NCBI RefSeq assembly: GCF_000013905.1
Contig: NC_007969.1
Location: 2,490,001 to 2,522,000 of the forward strand
From: Psychrobacter cryohalolentis K5
Lineage (GTDB): Bacteria; Pseudomonadota; Gammaproteobacteria; Pseudomonadales; Moraxellaceae
Direction of reading: 5' to 3'
DNA: 32,000 nucleotides
Numbering within the stretch: position 1 is the first letter of the stretch; the number at the start of each line of letters is the position of its first letter. A program made the position numbers and the translations under genes. Below the pieces are notes generated by a model that had not been told where the DNA came from, did not search any database, and saw nothing but the letters and a program-made list of their open reading frames with translations. Below, piece by piece: positions 27,514 through 32,000 of this stretch.

Positions 27514-27535
27514 TCATTGTTGCAAATAAAACAGC

Positions 27536-27576
27536 CAAAAAAGCCGTTCACTATTCAATAGTAAACGGCTTTTTTA
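27536..27576. terminator. Bidirectional intrinsic terminator between convergent miaB (+) and the LysE-family gene (-)
   Basis: AAAAAAGCCGTTCACTA-TTCAA-TAGTAAACGGCTTTTTT. The stem is about 11 bp with one mismatch, flanked by an A-run and a T-run. Confidence 0.75.
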
Positions 27577-27618
27577 TGACTAAACATTAGCCTTTATATG
27601 AATAACTAATAGCGACTT

Positions 27619-28368
27619 TTAAATCATAAAACTATTGAACACATCAGCTAATAAAGCGGCTGCAATTAATATAAATATAATGCCGCAACCACGATTAAGC
27701 CAAGCTAAACGCTTACCAACATCTAACCACCCTGCCAGCTTTTTACCGCCTAATGTATATATTATCTGCCAAATCGTCTCACTGAGAAACAGTCCTAAGG
27801 TAAGCACAATATATTGCGGCCATAGTGGCGCACCAAAATTAATGAACTTAGGAAAGAAGGCAGCAAAAAATAAAATCGCCTTTGGGTTAGAAAGTGATAC
27901 CCACATCCCTGTGCGAAATAGCATAGCATTACTAGGTGCCATCTTGACCGCAGCACTAGAGAGCGAGCGCGGCTTGAGTGTCTCAGATTTATGAATGCTA
28001 TCAGTGCGATTTGAGCTTGTTGTTAACTCTGCGCTAATTTCTTCGCTCATAGCATTGGCGTCATTCATTAAGCTACTATTGCTGCCACTATCACGCCACG
28101 ATGCAACACCCAAATAAACAAGGTAAAGGGCACCGACTGTTTTAATGACCGTCAATAACCATGGTGACTGACGGCTAATGACATCCAAGCCTAGTAGCGT
28201 TGAGAGCAACAGGATAAAGAGCCCAAGACTGAGACCTGCTAGCGTCCATAATGTCCGCTTGACTCCGTAATTAATCCCATATTGAAATGCCAGTAGCATA
28301 TTCGGGCCCGGTGTCGCTGAGATAAAAAACGTACTTGCAAAAAATACCGCAAACAGATGCCAAGACAT
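27619..28368 (-). CDS. LysE/RhtB family amino-acid exporter with an enlarged central hydrophilic loop
   Basis: The N-terminal ..F.ISATPGPNMLLAFQYG and the ..SLSNPKAILFFAAFFPKF motifs are typical of the RhtB/LysE family. There are 6 predicted TM segments. The ATG at 28366-28368 is preceded by AAGGG; the track adds one TTG codon. Confidence 0.85.
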   Translation of the reverse strand: MSWHLFAVFFASTFFISATPGPNMLLAFQYGINYGVKRTLWTLAGLSLGLFILLLSTLLGLDVISRQSPWLLTVIKTVGALYLVYLGVASWRDSGSNSSLMNDANAMSEEISAELTTSSNRTDSIHKSETLKPRSLSSAAVKMAPSNAMLFRTGMWVSLSNPKAILFFAAFFPKFINFGAPLWPQYIVLTLGLFLSETIWQIIYTLGGKKLAGWLDVGKRLAWLNRGCGIIFILIAAALLADVFNSFMI

Positions 28369-28410
28369 CAACCAACCCTTACTTTTTTATTTTAAACTGA
28401 CTGAACGAAA

Positions 28411-28442
28411 AAATAAACACCGCCATAAAGACGGTGTTTATT
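28411..28442 (-). terminator. Intrinsic terminator downstream of argE
   Basis: AAACACCG (28415-28422) pairs with CGGTGTTT (28432-28439). The minus-strand RNA is followed by AUUUUUUCGUU, about 30 nt after the argE stop. Confidence 0.65.
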
Positions 28443-28470
28443 ATACCAACCACGACCTAAACCTTGCGGT

Positions 28471-29721
28471 TTATTTATCCATAGTACAACTTTCTAATAG
28501 ACGCTGTAAGAAGCTATCACAGCGCTCAATCTCATTTAACTTAACATATTCATCGGCTTTATGCGCCTGCTCAATACTGCCGGGACCACAGATAATCGTT
28601 GGGATACCGCTATTAGTAAACTGCCCGCCTTCAGTAGCGTAAGCAACTTTATGGCGTTGAGTGTCACCTGTCAGTGCTGCTATCAATGCTTGTAGCTCGG
28701 CACTATCATTATCTGTCATTGCCGGTACGCTTTCTTCTTGTGTCAGCTCAATGCCGGTATCGGCAGCGCGCGCTTGCATTTGTGCGCTTAATTCTGCAAC
28801 TTTTGCTTGAATCGGTAGCAGAATGTCGTCCTGCGTCATATGTGGCAGGTTGCGATAATCAAAGGTGAACTCACACAAATTGGGCACAATATTGGTCGCT
28901 GTACCACCTTGTATGGTGCCCACAGACAATGTCGAATAAGGGACATCGAACAGTGCATCATTATCATCACGATGGCTTATTTCTTCTGCCAAGGTATCAA
29001 CATAGCCAATCAAACGACTGGCATAACTGATGGCGTTTACACCTGTTGCTGTTAATGATGAGTGCGCAGATTTGCCGTGGACGCGGCAGCGATAAACAGC
29101 AATACCTTTATGCGCCACGACCATTGCCATATTGGTGGGCTCACCGACGATACAATAATCAGGCGTAATACCGCGAGCTTTTAAGTCTGCCAAAATTAAT
29201 GGCGCACCCAAGCAGCCAACCTCTTCATCAAATGACAATGCCAAATGAAGAGGACGACTCAGCTGACCACTACTCGATAACTTCACCGCTTTTGGTAATA
29301 AAGTTAGCGCACACGCAATAAAGCCTTTCATATCGCAAGCACCGCGTCCATATAGCTTGTCACCACGAATCGTCGCAGTAAATGGCTCTGATGTCCATGC
29401 TTGACCATCAACTGGTACGACATCAGTATGCCCTGATAGCACCAAACCATGATTGATGATATCAGCACTGCTATTAGCATTACCACCTGCTGCTACGGTG
29501 ACAAATAAATTGGCTTTATTTTTGGCATCATTAAAGGTCAAATCTACGCTTAAGCCTAATTGCTCACAATAGCGTTGCACGTCTTCAATCAATGCCAAGT
29601 TTGAATGGCGACTGACCGTATCAAAAGCAATCAGCCTTGTAAGCCAGTCAATGCTATTCGATGGATAATCAGTATCCATTACAGCGTGAGATAAGCCATC
29701 AGTACGAGTTGATACAGTCAT
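28471..29721 (-). CDS. argE: Acetylornithine deacetylase (M20 metallopeptidase family, ArgE-type)
   Basis: LSGHTDVVPVDGQAWTSEPF....GDKLYGRGACDMKGF, FDEEVG, IVGEPT......AHKG, GKSAHSS....GVNAI and GPGSIEQAHKADEYV are collinear with E. coli ArgE. AAGGA lies 6 nt upstream of the ATG. Substrate specificity within the M20 family is not provable from sequence alone. Confidence 0.8.
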   Translation of the reverse strand: MTVSTRTDGLSHAVMDTDYPSNSIDWLTRLIAFDTVSRHSNLALIEDVQRYCEQLGLSVDLTFNDAKNKANLFVTVAAGGNANSSADIINHGLVLSGHTDVVPVDGQAWTSEPFTATIRGDKLYGRGACDMKGFIACALTLLPKAVKLSSSGQLSRPLHLALSFDEEVGCLGAPLILADLKARGITPDYCIVGEPTNMAMVVAHKGIAVYRCRVHGKSAHSSLTATGVNAISYASRLIGYVDTLAEEISHRDDNDALFDVPYSTLSVGTIQGGTATNIVPNLCEFTFDYRNLPHMTQDDILLPIQAKVAELSAQMQARAADTGIELTQEESVPAMTDNDSAELQALIAALTGDTQRHKVAYATEGGQFTNSGIPTIICGPGSIEQAHKADEYVKLNEIERCDSFLQRLLESCTMDK

Positions 29722-29755
29722 AAAAAATCCTTAATACGATAAAGATAAAAAGAGC

Positions 29756-30253
29756 TTAGCGTCTTTGAAATGCACGTTGTTGCAGCATTTTTACTTCTGC
29801 ATCTAATCCAGCAATCGGACCTTCAACTGGCACATTTGGTGCTACCTCTTGAATACTTAATGAATTGATTGGTGATGAAGATTTTACACCCATCTCCTGC
29901 ATCCATTCATCCAACTGTTTTGAGGAGCTAACATAAACAATGCGACCAAGCCCTGACCACGCATGAGCGGCGGAGCACATAGCACAATGCTCACCGGAAG
30001 TATAAACCACTGCTTGCGCACGCGCTTCAGCCGTCATATGCTTTGCTGCCCATTGGACAACAGCAATCTCAGGGTGATAAGTAGCATCGACGCTATTGGC
30101 GCGATTACGGTCTTCGTGCAACACTTGACCATCACCAGCGACCAACACACTCCCAAATGGCTCATCACCTGCCTCTAAGGCTTCGGTAGCAAGCTCAATA
30201 GAGCGGCGCAAATGGATCATATCATCGGCTTTATCATCATTCCCAGTTATCAT
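29756..30253 (-). CDS. CMP/dCMP-type zinc deaminase (nucleoside deaminase family)
   Basis: The zinc-binding motifs H-P-E (YHPEIAVV) and C-A-M-C (SGEHCAMCSAA) have the spacing expected for the cytidine/deoxycytidylate deaminase fold. AGGGAGA lies 5 nt upstream of the ATG. Confidence 0.8.
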   Translation of the reverse strand: MITGNDDKADDMIHLRRSIELATEALEAGDEPFGSVLVAGDGQVLHEDRNRANSVDATYHPEIAVVQWAAKHMTAEARAQAVVYTSGEHCAMCSAAHAWSGLGRIVYVSSSKQLDEWMQEMGVKSSSPINSLSIQEVAPNVPVEGPIAGLDAEVKMLQQRAFQRR

Positions 30254-30349
30254 CTCAATCTCCCTTTTATTACCTTATAGCAAATTACAGTCCTTTATTA
30301 GGCTTTATATTACTCCATATCTTACCAAACCCTTTATGACGGATCTGAC

Positions 30350-31003
30350 TTACGATGGATGATTCTGATTCATCACATCAATGACAGGTGGCATCGGTTT
30401 TGACACCTTACCTTCTGATTGTAACTCTTTAGTGGTTTTGGCATCGATAGCCAGTCCCGCAATCAACGCAATGTCTTTCACAGGCTTACGCTGACGAGTG
30501 GCAAAGCTCACTGGTACCATACGGGCAAATTCATAAATGTACAAATAAGACTCTTCGCCGCCTTCAAAATCTTCGTCGTCTTCTAAACGAATGCCACCAA
30601 TTTTTGCCAAATCAGTAAGCATCTCGTTTTCTTCACTGCTCAGACGACAATCAGTGATACCAAAACCTGTCATAAAACCATTTGCCCACTGTTTCAATGC
30701 CATTACGCGCTCGTATAGGTCATGTTCATCATCTGGCACAAGCGGCGTATAGGAATAAGCATCATCCTTGTCTTTTAGCTGAAATACGGTGTCTTCGGCT
30801 TCTTCAGTCAGCAAGGTCAACGCTTCGTCAGGTAATGGCGCAAAACTCAATTCTTCAAATACCTTGGCCCATACCTGTTCATCAGGCGCGTCGCAAGCAG
30901 TCATCAGCCCCGTCATTAGACCATGTACCTCACTGATAGACACATCAGTCCAGTCGTCAAAAGCCTTTAGCCACGTATTCCAGCCAGAGATATTGTCATT
31001 CAT
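30350..31003 (-). CDS. ygfB: UPF0149 family protein YgfB-like
   Basis: SEVHGLMTGLM corresponds to E. coli YgfB AEMHGLISGMI, and ALKQWANGFMTGFGI corresponds to ALAGWVNHFLLGLGV. An acidic C-terminal segment is present. The gene is divergent from the zapA locus, as in E. coli and Pseudomonas. Confidence 0.8.
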   Translation of the reverse strand: MNDNISGWNTWLKAFDDWTDVSISEVHGLMTGLMTACDAPDEQVWAKVFEELSFAPLPDEALTLLTEEAEDTVFQLKDKDDAYSYTPLVPDDEHDLYERVMALKQWANGFMTGFGITDCRLSSEENEMLTDLAKIGGIRLEDDEDFEGGEESYLYIYEFARMVPVSFATRQRKPVKDIALIAGLAIDAKTTKELQSEGKVSKPMPPVIDVMNQNHPS

Positions 31004-31217
31004 AATAGATGTCCTAATAATTGATGGTTAATGATTGCTTATAAAATAAAATCAGTACAATGTTATCGATGAGGCAGTGATTCATAAAAAATAAAGAGAT
31101 CAAGCCCAATGCTGGTAATTACTTTGTTGGTATAGATATTATGCGGTCACCTATGGCATTATTAAACGTAGACAACAACATTCATTTACGCTTATTTGTT
31201 AAGGATAAAAACTGACT

Positions 31218-31661
31218 ATGTATGACCAACTTAGAATATTAGAAAAAATGATACTCGACATCAAAAAACAGTATCAGCTTGTCAGTGCTGAACTTAGCAG
31301 TCTCAAGCAACAACCATTAACCGACCCGAAAGAACTGAGCGCCCTAAAAACTAAGTTAGATAGCAGCTATACAGAACGCGATGGTGCCAAAAAACAATTT
31401 AATGATCTTGATAAACGCTACCAAAGCTTGGCTGAAGCGCACCATATGATCGGTGAAGAGCAAGATAAACTTCATAAGCAGATTGAGCTGCTAGCACAAC
31501 AAAACCATGACCTAAAACAGCATAATAATGAATTAAAGCAGCAGTATAGCGATATCAAGCAGCAAAACAGTGACTTAAAAAAGAAGAATGAATTGGCAGC
31601 GGAGCGTACACAAGTGGTATTGCAACGCTTAACCCGTATTGATCAAACAGAAAGCCAGTAG
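31218..31661 (+). CDS. Coiled-coil protein upstream of zapA (ZapB-like / TIGR02449-like), 147 aa
   Basis: The composition is almost entirely heptad-type K/Q/E/L, with a reiterated (D/E)LKQ(Q/H)N(N/S) unit near the C-terminus (DLKQHNNELKQQYSDIKQQNSDLKKKNE). It lies immediately upstream of zapA, where relatives carry a short coiled-coil gene. There is no strong SD. Confidence 0.55.
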   Translation: MYDQLRILEKMILDIKKQYQLVSAELSSLKQQPLTDPKELSALKTKLDSSYTERDGAKKQFNDLDKRYQSLAEAHHMIGEEQDKLHKQIELLAQQNHDLKQHNNELKQQYSDIKQQNSDLKKKNELAAERTQVVLQRLTRIDQTESQ

Positions 31662-31768
31662 TGTCTTATAGTCAAAAGTTAGCACTATTTTCGTTAATGA
31701 AGCTCACAAACGCTCACGATGACAGCATCCCTCTTCCACTTTATTGACCAGACATTGTAGGATTTATC

Positions 31769-32000
31769 ATGACCGACAACCATAACAAAATCATTGAAAA
31801 ACAGAAAAACAGCCCAGTAAAGAATGCTCAAGTAGAAACCAACCAAGTAAAAAATAGTCAGGCACAGAAAACTGTATCAACTAATGCAGATACGCAAAGC
31901 AGCCCCACTGCTAAAGTAAATAGCGCACCTGAGCCGCAAATCAAGAAAGTCGATATTGCGATTGCTGGCATTACTTATCCTATCTACTGCCCAGTACATG
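31769..32000 (+). CDS. zapA: Cell division protein ZapA, 5' part (77 codons); continues past the right edge
   Basis: Not in the ORF track because it is open-ended. The ATG at 31769 is preceded by AGGA 6 nt upstream. After an N/Q/K-rich stretch of about 58 aa comes KKVDIAIAGITYPIYCPVH, matching the ZapA N-terminus (E. coli PVDIQIFGRSLRVNCP). Confidence 0.7.
   Translation, partial: MTDNHNKIIEKQKNSPVKNAQVETNQVKNSQAQKTVSTNADTQSSPTAKVNSAPEPQIKKVDIAIAGITYPIYCPVH

Noticed and set aside
27635-27994. 119-aa plus-strand ORF overlapping the LysE-family gene
   Set aside because: It is antisense to a frame that gives six clean TM segments and RhtB/LysE motifs, so I treat it as a shadow ORF.
31662-31768. 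6S RNA (ssrS) near zapA
   Set aside because: By synteny, ssrS lies downstream of zapA, which would be beyond the right edge of the window. The 107-bp gap upstream of zapA is too short and shows no long 6S-like duplex.
1-32000. Search for a mobile element, genomic island or defence locus: integrase or transposase genes, a tRNA attachment site, flanking direct repeats, a CRISPR array, a compositional break
   Set aside because: Nothing of this kind was found. Every sizeable ORF except 11003-11998 resembles a conserved chromosomal housekeeping or envelope gene. Composition looks uniform by eye, and no repeat arrays are present. A quantitative GC-skew or k-mer scan and an HMM search against defence-system models would be needed to exclude this formally.

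Overview
This window looks like ordinary core chromosome from a moderately AT-rich gammaproteobacterium. Gene order and protein sequences look Moraxellaceae, Psychrobacter-like, but that placement is inference only. The minus strand carries the distal half of the dcw cell-division/cell-wall cluster (murG-murC-ddl-ftsQ-ftsA-ftsZ, then the 5' part of lpxC running off the left edge). Upstream of it are gshB, pyrE, an unrecognised 331-aa protein, an SDR/epimerase-like protein and a large DUF4105 envelope protein. The rest is housekeeping: ampD-murJ, a lipoprotein, a PAT-like GNAT, ribF, a DUF2789 protein, mdh, an RNase I/T2-like secreted protein, slt, miaB, a LysE/RhtB exporter, argE, a CMP/dCMP-type deaminase, ygfB, a ZapB-like coiled-coil protein and the 5' part of zapA. 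Several clear intrinsic terminators are visible, some of them bidirectional between convergent genes. I see no tRNA, rRNA, CRISPR array, transposase, integrase, phage gene or recognisable defence gene, and I cannot honestly point to a convincing novel multi-gene system. The best leads are: (1) an RNase I/T2-fold secreted protein whose two canonical catalytic histidine positions read Ser and Tyr; (2) the DUF4105 / SDR / unknown 331-aa gene string placed divergently from ampD-murJ; (3) a dcw cluster with unusually long untranslated spacers, including 506 bp between ddl and ftsQ; (4) recurrent N/Q/S/T-rich low-complexity extensions on otherwise canonical housekeeping proteins (Ddl, Slt, ZapA, MiaB, the LysE-family loop). 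All homology statements come from my reading of the translations against remembered family motifs. No database search was run.
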